From the human T2T-CHM13v2.0 reference genome, Homo sapiens, in assembly GCF_009914755.1 (NCBI RefSeq), contig NC_060927.1: DNA of 64,000 nucleotides; one strand, given 5' to 3'. Shown here in pieces: positions 1 to 14,429 of the stretch. Below the pieces are notes generated by a model. That model worked only from the letters and a program-made list of their open reading frames with translations. It was not told the DNA's origin and did not search any database. Position 1 is the stretch's first letter, and each line of letters opens with the position of its first letter. The position numbers and the translations under genes are program-made.

Positions 1-39
1 TCATCAGGTAATGCCCCAGCAGTAGCATTACAAAGCTCA

Positions 40-385
40 AGGCATCCCTTGGAATAGGATGCATAGGAGGTCAACTCTGATAGGACAAAATGTGGGCAGG
101 TCTACATGAGCCACATTCCGGGGAAGCAGGAGGACCCACCCACAGTTATGGTATGGATCAGTGTATGGGTTGGGAGAGGAAGCATTAGGTATAGAAGGCA
201 CACTGGATTTATGACAGACAGTAAGTGAGCCTGCCCCAGTGCTAGAGGAAACGATTGGAATGGACAGTGGTGTGCAAATAGAGTGCAAGAGTGGGTCTTG
301 ATGTTTTTGAAGGGATCCTCTTAGAAGAAGGAATCAACTTGGTCTTTGGGGTCCCAGAATGAAACCAGGACCTGCAGAAGCTGAC
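40..385 (+). mobile_element. Probable highly diverged CR1/L3 LINE fragment
   Basis: gaagaaggaatcaacttggtctttggggtcccagaatgaaaccaggacc resembles the recalled L3 3' consensus; similarity is patchy. Confidence 0.35.
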
Positions 386-449
386 CTTACTGAAGAAACT
401 GGTTACAGCTGGGGCCTCAGCACCCAGGCTAACAGCAGGAGCTAACCAG

Positions 450-535
450 GTACTCATCTGTTTCACATAATTCAGGGTAGATTTTCTAAAATCAAATTCC
501 TGAGGTCCCTCTGCGACCTCCTGAATCAGATGTTG
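450..535. mobile_element. MER5-like hAT MITE fragment
   Basis: aaattcctgaggtccctctgcgacctcctgaatcaga resembles the MER5 core. Confidence 0.4.
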
Positions 536-581
536 AACAGTAAGAGATATTCCCCATACTTCTATCAAAAACAATTCCTCA

Positions 582-1140
<559 letters not shown>

Positions 1141-1147
1141 ACTCTTA

Positions 1148-1300
1148 CAATAATAATGATAGTTAACTTTTTGAAAACTACTTCCTGTGTATACTTAGAG
1201 TACTTAACATGCATTGTGCCATTTAATCATCACTTATTAAAAACATTTTTCCACAAAAACCTCTATCTCTATTTTTCAGATAAAACTGAAGGAAGAGAGG
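1148..1300 (-). mobile_element. MIR fragment
   Basis: acatgcattgtgccatttaatcatcac...ttttcagataaaactgaag. Confidence 0.5.
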
Positions 1301-2037
1301 TCATCCTTATAGAAATCTCAGTGGAGTCTAACATCTTCTTGATAGAAATAATTTTAGGAGTATAGTAGTCTGAGTTTAGGTACCATTTTCTGTTGGTCAT
1401 AGATTCTGTTGATCATAGAGTGATCTGTTGTCATTTTGACTCATTTCCTTCCAGTACTTGGCAGCGGGTAGGGGGAGATGAAAACATAGTCAATATCAAA
1501 ATGAATATGTTTACAGTCTGCTTTATCACTTTGCATATTGTGAATATTTTCTATATTTTCTAATATCTCTCAGTTCTTCAAAAATGAAATCTAATTTTCC
1601 TACTTGTACCTTGCTGCATTCTACAGCTTTTTCACAATTAACACACTTTACTTTAAATTCAAGAAAAAAAACCAGAACAATGAGTCTCATTTAATGTCAT
1701 TTCTAAGACCTTATTTTTGTAAGCTAGAACAAGTATAGAGGCAGAATATAAAAATAATTTTTTCTCAAAATGCAAATTGTTTATGGTCTTTTGATTATCA
1801 AAGTAATACATGTTCATTACAAAGTAATTCACACAATATGTGAGTTAAAGAAAGTGTGTGTTTCTCTTGCAAACAAGTAACACTCTTTTGAAATGCCAAT
1901 ATGACTTCATAAACTTATTTCCACTTAATAGATAATGGGAGTCTTTTCATTGTCAGTAAGTAGCTACTTACTGAGTCTGTGACTCAGAGGGCAGCACCCA
2001 GGCCAGCAGCAAGTACTTAGCAGGGGCTTATTTCTGG

Positions 2038-2315
2038 TTTTGTTGTTGTTGTTGTTGTTTGTTTGTGTTTTGAGGCAGGGTCTTGCTCTGTCTCCCAGGC
2101 TGGAATACAGTGGCACATCACAGCTCACTGCAGCCTCGAACTCCTGGGCTCAAGGAATGTGTCACCATGCACAGGTTTTTTTTGTTTTTTTTTTTTTTGG
2201 ATACAGGGTCTTGCTATATTGCCCAGGTTGATCTTCAGCCCCTGGGCTCAAGCAGTCCTTCCACCTTGGTCTCCCAAAGTGCTGGGATTATATGTGTGAG
2301 CCACAGCACCTGGCC
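2038..2315 (-). mobile_element. AluJ with internal deletion and (TTG)n tail
   Basis: Antisense Alu; right arm lacks the cctcagcctcc...agctggga segment. Confidence 0.9.
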
Positions 2316-2339
2316 TCATCTATGTTTTTTAATGCTGCA

Positions 2340-2545
2340 TAGCTGAGGCCCTTGAGCCAGATCCCTGGGGTTCATATTTCATTACTGCCACTGTGTGAGT
2401 ACGACTCTGGTCATCTGTTGAACTTGTTCCCTCATCAGTAAAATGACTTTTAATACGAATACCTGCGTGATAAGAGTTTTTGTGGGAATTAAACTGTAAT
2501 ACTTAGAAACGTATAGTTTAGTGTCACATAGTAGGTGATTGATAA
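2340..2545 (+). mobile_element. MIR
   Basis: gagccagatccctggggttca...ctcatcagtaaaatg...cacatagtagg. Confidence 0.7.
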
Positions 2546-3479
2546 ATTTTTGCTTTTTTCCATGATGTGGATGCAATACATTGTTGGACCTTTCGGCTCT
2601 TTCTGTTGGTCTGTCTTATAAACATCACAGCTACTTAGATCATATATCTGGGATAAACTTAGGTTTAATAGGAGCCAGGTGTATATGACATGAAGATGAA
2701 AGATAGGAGAGATGTCTAACATGCTATTTGACTTGTTGACATTTGAGAATATAAGCCAACATTAGTCAGAACATCTGACATTTTCAAAAGAAGCTAATAA
2801 CTTGTTTGAAAAAGCCAAAAATATATGTTTATGTGTATAGTATACCCTTTTTGTTAAAATACAATACATTGTCTCGGCCTTCATGATGTACTTATGGGCT
2901 AGAATTAGTGATCAGTCAGGGTTTTAAATCCAGAATGTTTCATCTCAAAGTGGAAGTTCTTTGTGTTACAGTGCGCTTGTCTACCTTTACCTTCGTGAAT
3001 TGAGAAGTTTGGGTTGCTATGCTAAAAGTTAATTCATTTGATATTATGTGATGTAGCTTTATATGTCAGCTCTGAAACTGTCTATAATAATAGTGACTTT
3101 CTCTCACCAGAATGCAATATATGGGTTCCTAATATGGGGCTAATACATTTCTTGAAATTATATGTAAAATTTTGGCCATATAGGTCTTTTTCCTTTTCTT
3201 TTTTTTTTTTTTTTTTGCATTCCATGTTTTGTTTAGACTTTCTATTGTTTTCTGATTTCCTTTTTCCCTTCCCCCTCAAAAAAGAAAGTGTCTGGAGAGA
3301 GAGGAACAGACTTTTTTTCTGTAGAACTAATTTGTCTTTTACTTTCCAATGTAGAGAATACATATATATGTATACAATTTACGTTAAATTTTATTCATAA
3401 CCTCATTACTGGTCTCATGAATTTCTAGAGGTCTGAAAACTCACAGCCAAGGCTGCTGTACGTGACTATTCCGCCAGAA

Positions 3480-3595
3480 TCCTATGGGCGGGTACCATTG
3501 CTGTCTCATTAATTTCTGTAACCTCAGTGCTGAGTGTAGTACTATGTATGTTATAGGTGACCTATTTACATTTTTTGTGAAATAAAAGAATGAAC
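3480..3595 (+). mobile_element. L2 3' end fragment
   Basis: tctgtaacctcagtgctgag...tgtgaaataaaagaatgaa. Confidence 0.5.
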
Positions 3596-5424
3596 CCACT
3601 ATTATTTGTCTTAACTAATTTCAACATGTGAGAAGTCTTCCAGCTTACGTTTGTAAGAACTAGATCATAAAATGTCTGATCTTTTAGTTAAATCTAGTTT
3701 TGGTGCTAGGACTTGGCAGAACAATACCAGTATCTATGGGCATTTTGTTTTGACATAACTGACTGGCAGACATAATGCTTGTCACCTTCTCTTGGCTCAG
3801 GAGAGGGTGGAAAGTTCAACAGGTTTTACCCAACAGGCATTTTTCAATTTAAGTAGATTACGGTGTGAACGATGCAGGTAGAGATCAGAACTGGCAGGGA
3901 ACTGGGATTTGAATAGGGCCTTCAATTTATTTGACATATCTAATGTTCTTATGAATGGGGATGGAACCCTGGTTTTTGGTGATAGGTAGAAAGATTGGCT
4001 CCCAGATTGATAGCGTCTTGGGTGGATTAGTAAATCGATTTGTTAAGAGCTGGAATTATATACCTTTTGGGTCTAAAATTTACCTCACAACAGCTTAAGA
4101 TAACAAACCTACTGCCCCTTGCATTTCAAAGGTATTTTGTATAGAAGCTGTAAGTTGCTTTTCTGTAGAACTACTATTTCTACAAAAATAAAAGCTATTA
4201 TTTTACTAAATAAAAATTGGTAATTGATTTCTTAGTGATATATTGTTCATCTGAAGCCTTTTATTTTTCTTGTCTGTTATTTTAAAATTTGTTCTTCAAT
4301 TGTCTTATTGCGTGTTTATTAAAACAATATAATTAATACATTCAAAACAAAATTAAGAAAATACATCACCAATTAATTAAATTTGACCTCAAAAGGCTGC
4401 AGCTTACCTTTACAGCTATATATATTATGACTAAATTACTTGTTCTAAATAATGTAATGAAACAGAAAAAAACAATAATGCTAACAATGCATATTATCTT
4501 ATGAGTTAATTATATTTCTGTGTTATATTTAAACACAACCTTGAATTAACCTCAGATATAAATATATTAATGAACAGATATTGTGGTTGTCTCCCACATA
4601 ATACTAATGAAAACATCAGGAAACTAGAACTTTTCCTTAGCCAAAGATAGAATTAATCAAAAACAGACTTATGATGAAATTTACCTCAACTCTTCATTAG
4701 CAGTGTTACTATGAGTGTATATCTCTCTGTGTATATTTGCAAATTTCAGCCAAAGACCCTGTTTTTTTCACTCCTCTTTTTACCTTCTTGCTGGGATTTC
4801 TCCAGTCATTTTTCTTCTAAAGTTGTAAGTGCTCCATCTGGTTTGGAGCCTTTCTTATTCCTATGCACTCCTCCAAGTATATTTTTGAGTATGCATTACT
4901 TTCCTCTCTAGCCATCATCCTTGTTTACTCCTAGACAAACAAACAAAAATCTTTTTCGTGCACAGTTACCAAAAATGGCTAAATTTAGATTCATCCAACA
5001 TCTGCCTTTATTACGGATATGGAAACCTAGGGAGACTGTTGAGATTCCAAGGCTACCTGGCAAAACCAAGTCTTAAATGCGAAGAGATTAAAACCTACCT
5101 ACTGTTTTGAGGTGAGCATTAAAGAAGGTACTAGTTGTGGCAGTGTTTTGGAACATAGTAAACCCTCAGTAAATATGAAGTTTTTCAGAAATGCTCATGA
5201 GAACATGAGATGTTGTGCAGTAATCCTTCAATAATGGTGTTATTGTCCACATTATTGCTGGGGAATACTTGAATCCTCAATGAAAAGCTTATCTTAGGAT
5301 GTATCCTAATTGTTTTCTTAGACAAGAAGAGGTTCAAAAACAAGAAAGGGGGTCTAGCTTTCTGTCATTATTGGAAAGACAAGTGAAACAAGGCTGTTGT
5401 AAGAGTGTCTGTTTAGTGTAGTTT

Positions 5425-5545
5425 TCTTTTTTAAATTTTAAATATTTTTTTGACTGACAACTATGTTTATGGTACACTACATGATGTTTTGATATATGTG
5501 TACATTATGGAATGTCTAAATCAAGGTAATTAACATACATTGCCA
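5425..5545 (-). mobile_element. L1MA-type 3' end fragment
   Basis: acatgatgttttgatatatgtgtacattatggaatgtctaaatcaagg. Confidence 0.75.
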
Positions 5546-7804
5546 ACTATTTTCTAGATGTTCACTTCCAAGTCCTTTTTGTGTTAATTCAGTGCTTTGG
5601 TTTAACCCAACCTGGTAATAGAAAGGAATAAATTTCTCCATTTATCAAGATACTTTTACAGAACTCCCATCTCCCCACTTGTCCATGATATAATTATTTT
5701 GGCAATAGTGATAATGAAAGGTCACTATTTTGTGAGATTTTTGTTAAAGAAAAAGGAATAGAGCATACACTTTTTAATGCCAGGTAACTTCAAAAGAATA
5801 TTTGACACTGCTACTGTGATTAAGTGATTTTTATTTTCTACTCCATCACGCTTAGGTAGCCTGCACTTCCTGTATTTAAGCAGAAATGGAATGGAAGTAA
5901 GTCAAGTCAGAGTTGATACGAGTTTCACTAGCTATGGGTAAAGTTTCCAGTTTATTCCCTTCTCTGTAGAATATTTTTGGCCATTTCTTCATATGTCACC
6001 CTTTCTTACCAAGTGGGTTTTTAAAGAAAGTAAACATTATTGGATGCAGGTTTTCCTTCTGCAACCCCTAATGTGTTATCTGATAGATAAGGATGGTTTA
6101 ACTAATGAATTTACTTAAATCAGTAGATCTGATAAATGCTTTAGACTTGACTTCATAGTGCTTGGGTTTAGGGACATAAATAGGGCTGTGTTTTGTGAAT
6201 TTCGACATGCGATTTTCCAATTCATCAGTATCAGATAATGGGAAATTATTTACCACATTTTCAGTAATAATCTGTCTTTCGAAGCAGGTTGCTGCCTCTG
6301 TTGTGTCGACCTAACCCTAGCAATTTCTTGTTTGTTGGCATAAAAGTTATTTTCCAGGAGTATGAAAGTCATGCTTGTGACCCCAGTTAGAAGGGAGAGC
6401 TTTATATAATAGGCTGGGAGCTGGTCCAGTTTTCGTATGTGGGCAGTGAAGTCAGAGTTAGACACTGCAACAGGGAGTGGGATGAAACACTAAAAATTTT
6501 TAATATGTGGTGTCTTAGCTGTCACTACCCACCTCAGTGCTTAAGAAATGAACTAATTGTTAAAATTATAGGTCTGAATGCATGTATATATATAGCAACA
6601 CATATTTTTGATGCAGATGTGTTAATGTTACTATGGGGAATTTTGCTTTACATTTTGCTTTGGTGTTCGAGAAACCTTGGCAAAAGGACTGGGAAGGACT
6701 CTGAGAGAGCTTAGTGTTTGTGTTCCTTTATCTCCAATTATTTGTTTGGAATTTTCAATTAAATATAATGGGAAAACCATTTTTTTCTTCAGTTTTTTTG
6801 ATGACTACTTTTCTTATTTTACAGTAACCAAATTTTCATCTATTTTTTTAAATTGCTTGATTAGGATCTCAAAGGGTTCTAAGGTTTTGTTTTGTTGACA
6901 GCCGTAAAATGTAACCATTATGGAGTAATTTTTTTCCCTTTTAAGTCTTTTCATGTGACCTCAATTTTTCAAATGTTTTTTCCCTCAGGTATCTACCTGT
7001 CCTTAAAAATTGCCAAGCTTCAGAACAATTCTTTTATGAACTAATGTAAAAATTGTAAATGTTTTCACATAAAGGCACAATAAAAAATTATCTAGTTTGA
7101 AAAAATTGTTTAAGTAGGCTCTGTATAGTCTTCAGTGATGACCTAACTAATTTTTACTAGAGTTAGAAGAGAAAATCTCTAGCAGTGGCTTCCTTACGAA
7201 TTGGCTTTTAGAAGGCAAAACCATTTTTATATTCTTTCCCATATTTTACTGATACATTTCTAATCACAAGTTTTTGAAAAGGTTAATGGAAATTGCAATG
7301 CTTTATTGTCATGATGCTTAAATGATTTCTTTTTCAATAAAGGGTATGTTATTAAAGAGAAAAATGATTTTGCGACCTAGGCATTAAAGTATGCAGTGCC
7401 ATCTGTCTTAAGCCTGGGTAATCAATGGTGTAAGTGAGGCCAGTTTATTTCTCATAGATTTACTAGCATCACTGCATAAATAGCCATAATGGAATTGATT
7501 TCTTAGGCTGAAGCAGCTTTTATCACATACAAGGGTTTGATGATGACTGTATTAAATGTTGACCTTTGATTAGCCTTAGTCTTTCTTGGTTACAGAGGTC
7601 TTAGAAACTTCATGCTGAAAGATTGAAAATGCAATGTTCTTGACATTCAAGTGTTTTTTATATTAACTACTTGTTCTTATTTTTTACTTCCTAGACAAGC
7701 TCTTATGTTCCATGTGTCTTGATTGTTCTGTATCTCAGTAAAGTTTTATGGCTACCATGGGCACCTCCCTTCTGATCACCCAAGAGGCACAAAGAATAAC
7801 ACAG

Positions 7805-8365
<561 letters not shown>

Positions 8366-9989
8366 TCTGCTATTCCTATTGTTGTTACTACTACTGAGTC
8401 AAATCATTTAGAGTCAGTATAGATATTCTCTGTTTAAATTCTCTCCTCCTGCCCTGTTTTCTTTTTTTTAAGCATAGATCCCAATTCTCCATGGCCAGTT
8501 AGTAGAACAAACTGGGGATGACGCTTGTTACATTAATCTAAAATGGTTTTTCTGCAAATGATTTAAAAATCACTAACTGATAGTGTGGAGAAGACCTAAC
8601 TTCCAGGCTGATCTAGCTCTGAGGAACATTATGAGGGCAAGAAAGTCTTTGTCCCACCCAATGCCGTGTCTCCAGAGTGGTGTCCCTTAAACTGACCTCC
8701 AGTCCCTATACTTTATTCTGATCCTGGTCATAGAAGGTGACTGGCGGCCTCATTTCTATTGCATTCCTCCTGCCACCCCACCATCCCCTGAAAAATGCAG
8801 TGGGCTGCGTCAGCATAAATCAGCTCCTCACATACCCCATTCAGCAGCCAGTGTCTTCAGTGTTTGAGATCCTGGCTGAAAGCAAGTGTCTGCTTAAAAA
8901 TAATTTGTCGCTTACCTGAAAAAGCCTCTACACCCTGCAAAATCTAATTTTTCCAAATATTTTCGAGTGCCAACTCATATTTTAAGCCAAGCAGCTGACA
9001 GACATTTACCTGTAGGCTAGCTTAATCAGATTTTAACCTAGTCAGAAGCCTAGCCAATGAAATAAACTTCCTTTGTGGGCACAGATTTTTTAAATCCATC
9101 AAAAAACGTGCCCCAGAGCCAGTGTGATTTTTTTAAAAAAAGGATTTGCTAAATGATCACCCAGGAAATGTGTGTGTTCGTCTATAGGACAAGGCCGGGG
9201 ATTAGGAAGAGAGGCACTTTTTTTGTGTTTCAGTAAGTAATTTTCCTTGTTATAATAAAAAATCACATCACTTGTTGGAAATCTGGTTGGTGCCCAACTG
9301 CTCCGGGCAAGTGTTTGCAACTCGTGATTATTTATTCCCCAGATCTTTTTAGATGTGTTATGTGTGAATCAGCCCAGCCTGCATTTAAGGCTTGAAAAAT
9401 GTTCTTTAGGATTCCTTGGTATCAAAGCATCCATTAATTACTGAAAGGATAAGACAGTGGTTTACTGGAAGTCAGAATCTGCATGTTCTTTGTTCTAAAG
9501 AGGAGAAAAGAAGTTTTCGGTAGAAAGGAGAGCCACTTTTAAAGATGCCCTTTTAATATATTTTTGAAAGGTATGCATTTTTTTGTCATAAAGAGCTCTT
9601 CAAAATGATCTTTTTGTGGTGACATCTACATTACTCTGGAAAATATTCTTATGTTTCTGGCAATGATACGCTAATTACAGCCTATACATTTTTAAGAGTT
9701 GAATCTGTCATATTCTAGGAGAGGAGTGATTCTGATTCCAAACAAAACTGAAATGCATGACCAAACACATTATGAAATGTGTGGTTTCATTAAATCCTGT
9801 TGTTCATTCAGTCAGAAGAAAATTGTTTAGTTCATAAGAGGAATAAGAATGCTGAGGTATTACGATTTCATTTCCGTATATCCACAAACCTTTCCATTCA
9901 TATTTAAGCCTTGCCACCGTATTATGTTATGTTGCATGTTGGCCATCAAGGAGGTCGGGTCACAATTTGGAAGAACATTGTTTTATACC

Positions 9990-10420
9990 AAGGCTTTGTT
10001 AGCATTCCTGGGTTGCACATAACAGAAACACACTCAAGTCAGCCTAAACATAAAAAGATTGTTTATTTTTAAAATATAGGAGTGTCTAATGAAACTCAGT
10101 GGTACAAATGTGGCTAGACGGGGCTAGAAAGGAGACAGAAGTCTTTTATTGTATCTTTAGCTTTTGTTTGTGTCTTGGACATTTCCTCCTTCTGCTGTAG
10201 ACAGCTTCTCTTAGTTGGTGTCATATAGTCTGGTTCCTAATGCTTTTTTGAGTTTGTAGATTATGAGTTGATACTCACTGAGAGTCCTTTGGCCTAATGC
10301 CAAAGACCCAGGAACGACAACCTCATTGGTCCATCTTGGGTCAGGTGGTCATTACTTGGTCCAGTCCAATTGGCTATGGCCATGGAATGCACAACATACA
10401 TGGCAGACATGGGCCTATAC
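9990..10420 (-). mobile_element. Old MaLR LTR (MLT1J/K/L-like)
   Basis: ggttgcacataacagaaacacactcaagtcagcctaa and cattggtccatcttgggtcagg motifs. Confidence 0.6.
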
Positions 10421-12260
10421 CTGTGATCCTGTTTCCGGAAAATGGGGCACTTAGCAGACTCCCTAGCGTGTGTGAGTGTCTTCTCTCACACACACTAAGA
10501 ATGTGTGTATTCTGACTTGTGAAGGGCCAGATGCATCTAGGATAGCCTCAAATCTCAAGGTCTTGCAAGAATTCTATGTGTATCTTCTGGACACAGTTCA
10601 GTATCTGAATCAAGGAGGACTAACACAGGTCCGAGTTAGAGTCCATTTGGAGACACTGCTTACTTCATTCTCACAAGTACATTTCTCACTGTCACAAGCT
10701 TCAAATGTGCGTCCCAGAAAGGAAGAGAAAGCTGTCTATTATTTAAAGATGGGCTCATTATCAAAAGGTGACCAGAGGTATCTGCTTACAATTCACATTC
10801 CTAGCGCACCCTTAAAAACGCTAAAACACTAGATATTATTTATGAAGAAGTCAAAATATCAGCATGTCCTCTGAAAGGATGCTTGGGTTATTTATTTATT
10901 AATTTATCCATCTTCATTGGAAAACTTACCATCTGGATGCTGTCCACATTTTAAAAACACATAAATTAAAACCCAAGGCAAATTGACTACAACATGGGTG
11001 ACCTTCAAACCTCTTTTATTCCAGCCAGTCATTTCCCATTCTGATTGTGCCAAAAGGAGGCAGGATGAAGGGAAAACATTCACACACATTAACAGAACTG
11101 CATCTTTTCTTCAGTAAAATCAGGTCTTCCTCCATAAGACCTTGCATTTATTTTAAACTTTATATTATAAGTAATGATAAAATGTGAATTATGAATAATA
11201 TGCAAGAGTAATATTCCTAAAATAACACAGTGCATTTCATATTGCCGGCCACCTTCCACCTGTCACAAGACATTGTCCAATCTGATTTTCTAACTCGCAT
11301 TTTCTGACTCTGGTTGAATGACTTTATACATTGCTTTCATGATTATCTTTACATTCTGTTAAAGGACAGGGGTTTGATGAATAAATATATTGTTTGCAAT
11401 TTGCCTCTATCATTTGTGTATCCTGAATTACTCAAGTTTTAAATTGCATGAGGCTTTTAGTGAAATCATGTATATCCAAACACAGGTTTAACTTTATGCA
11501 GATAGGTGTTTTACATATACACACAGTTCTAAAATGATGGGAAAATTTTCCCTGTGTTTTTTTTTTTTTTTAACTTAAGTCAGTTCCTGCGTTTTTTGAA
11601 CTAAGGCAATGTTGACACATTACTCCCCCTCTCACCCAAAGCTTAATTAGTTTTTCAAACTGATATTTATCGAGCTTCCTAAAATCCACCTGCCAGATTC
11701 CTCATGAAAACAGTCTAATTGAAATATTGCTTTAAGGAACTTTTAGAGGTAGGGAGGAAGAAAAATATGTACATAAGACTAATTAGTATTTTTTTAATGA
11801 ATGCTACATTTGCATAAATTGAAAGTTTCATTCTATGGACTTATTGTAGAGTTGTGGTTAAATCGGCATTAGTCAGCTTGGGCATGTTTCATGATTATTG
11901 GTAAAGGGAATTACACTTTTACTGGAGATGTCATCATTGATCAATCAGTTGACCAGCAAGTGAGCACTGGAGGAGGCATGAATCTTGGGGTGGTGGGAGA
12001 GTCATCAATCACAAAACCCAGTTTGGGAGGTGAGATGCACTCATGGACAGTTAATGAACAGCAAACAGTATGAAATGAGAAATGCTGAATTGCAGACAAG
12101 TCTGAGGCTATGTGAGTCTCTATAATGGAATTAATTGTTCAAAAAACTGAACAAAACAAGGAATTGTCATTGAATTCATTTGGGATGAAGGCTGATTTGC
12201 CTCTGGAATGGGGCAGGAACTTAGACTGACCCCCCACTGCCTGGGTAAATCTAAAGCAGA

Positions 12261-12464
12261 TGCTTTAGATTTAGTCAATATGGATTTGAATAAAAATATC
12301 CAAGACACAATTTGTTGGTGTAAACCAATTGCACTATTGTAAGAAATTCTGAAATTTCCACTGGCTAAACGGGCAACTCTAATAGAACCTTTATGGCTGG
12401 GAAAAGGTGAAACAACTGGATTTTATTGAAATGATTTCAGTTTTTTAACAAAAGTATTGAAGGA
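12261..12464 (+). repeat. Direct repeat copy 1 (about 205 bp), left of the L2
   Basis: Aligns with 13712-13924; first 29 nt identical. Confidence 0.92.
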
Positions 12465-13711
12465 AGGATGAACAAATACGTAATCAACAAATAGGTGTTT
12501 AGGAGTAACTGTATACCAGCTTATGTGTCAGGTGAATAAGATAGAACTCATATTCTAATTACAATTGTAATACAACAGGTGACCTGAAGGCTACATAGGA
12601 AGAAAATAAGATGAGTGGCTTACCTAGCCTAGAAGCAATGGGTTTACTTCCAAAGAAGAGTGGTATATTCTCTGAAACGGAAAGAATATAGAGGAGTTGG
12701 ATAGGAGAACGTGGGGGAAATGTGTGTCCAGGGAAAACTGCAGCAAGCCCCAGTGTTTAGGAAGAGAGTGGCACATTTGCAGAAGTCTCGGATGGCTATG
12801 GACAGAATGAAAATAAGATTACCATGATATGGAGAGGTAGACAGGGGATATGACAGTAATGAGTTTGGATTTTATTTTAAGGGAGATGAGAATCCTTCGA
12901 AGCGTTCTGAAGAAGGAAGTAGCGCAGTGAGCTACCTGATCCTGGTAGATGACCGGGAATGGGGAATGGATGGTGGGATGGAATGACCTGCAGTGTAAAA
13001 TTACCTTGGGAGGCTCTTAAAGTAATACAGCTAAGTGATGGTGGTTACTAATCTAGATCTGATTGGAGGCAGGGGCTGGGTTAAGAAGTGGACTGATTTA
13101 AGGGATGTTTGGCAAATGAGGTTGACAATTCTTGGTGTTAGTTATGGAGAGAAGATAGAGACATTATTTCAGGGGTTTTGGTTTGTGCAACTAGGTCCAA
13201 AGGCAGTGCTCCATTGAGACAGTGAGCTCTGTGGAAGTGGCGGGTGTAGGAGGAAGAGGATGAATTCTGTTTTAGATATATGTAGATATATCCAGTTGGA
13301 AATGTCTAAGAAACCAGTTGGTTAGATGGGTCTGCCACTCAGGACACAAGTCAGAACTGGAAATAAAGATTTGAGAGGCATTAATATGCACATGGAAATT
13401 AATGCCTTAGGGCTAATGAGAATTCCTGGGACAGATGGATTGAGTGTGTACTGGTTCCCCTGAGCTGTGAGTTATACCAGCCTTCAATAGACATCTTGGG
13501 GAAGGTAGATGGGCCTGCAGAGAACACAGAGTTGGACTAGCCAGAGAAGTACAAGGAAAACCCATGTTCACAGGAGCCAGTGGGCACATTTGCTTTGAGA
13601 AATATAGGATTAGTCAAAAGTGCCACCTATTCCCTGAAAGTCATGTGGGGACAGGGACTGAAATGGAATTCAGCTACAAGAAAGCTCTTTAGTGACCTTT
13701 CCCCAAGCAAT
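12465..13711 (-). mobile_element. L2 LINE, about 1.25 kb
   Basis: L2 3' end (atcaacaaata) at left; gagtttggattttattttaaggg, gatatatccagttggaaatgtc and gtgaccttt motifs. Confidence 0.8.
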
Positions 13712-13924
13712 TGCTTTAGATTTAGTCAATATGGATTTGAGTAAAAATATCCAACACACCATTTGCTGAGCAAATTGAATACCGAATATACTATTGTAGG
13801 AAATTCTGGAGTTTCCAGTGGCTAAACTGGCAACTCAGTAGAGCCTTTGTGGCTAGGAAGAGACAAAACAACTGGATTTTGTTGAAGAGCATTCCCATTT
13901 TTTTTTTAGAAAAGTATTGAAGGA
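13712..13924 (+). repeat. Direct repeat copy 2 (about 213 bp), right of the L2
   Basis: Aligns with 12261-12464; both end in aaaagtattgaagga. Confidence 0.92.
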
Positions 13925-14429
13925 GAGAGGGAAGCAACAAATCTGATTTAGTGAAGACGTTTTCCTTGACAGCAGGATTTACTCCTGAGTTATAAATTTG
14001 CCATGATCGAGACTAAAATGCAGTGAAAGTTAAATTTCACCTATATCTCATTCAACGCCTAACGTGATTTAAATGACAGGATTTCAGGAGTGACATGTAG
14101 CTTTGGATCTAAATATATTTTTTATGGCTGGAAATTTTAATTTCAGATCAGTGAAAAATCATGACGCCTCTTCATGTGTAAGAGACTTAAAGAGTGGAGT
14201 GTTAGGCCGGTGCAGATGGTTTTGTCAGGCAGAACTATTAATGCTAAGGGGAATCAGATGGCAGAATTTGCACAGGCTTATCTATAAATGCGCACCTGCA
14301 AGATAACATTGAAATGGTTGAATGACCGACCTAGTTCTAAGATAGTGACATGATGAGTTCATCTTGTTTTAATCTCACATTGGATGTTCAATTTGCCTGT
14401 GACATGCTGGTATAGATGCCCTATAAAAG

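Noticed and set aside
4180-4620. Very AT-rich stretch (possible matrix attachment region)
   Set aside because: Composition alone is not diagnostic; no specific structure
12261-13924. LTR retroelement interpretation of the direct repeats
   Set aside because: The interior is L2 sequence, the repeats do not end in CA, and there is no PBS/PPT
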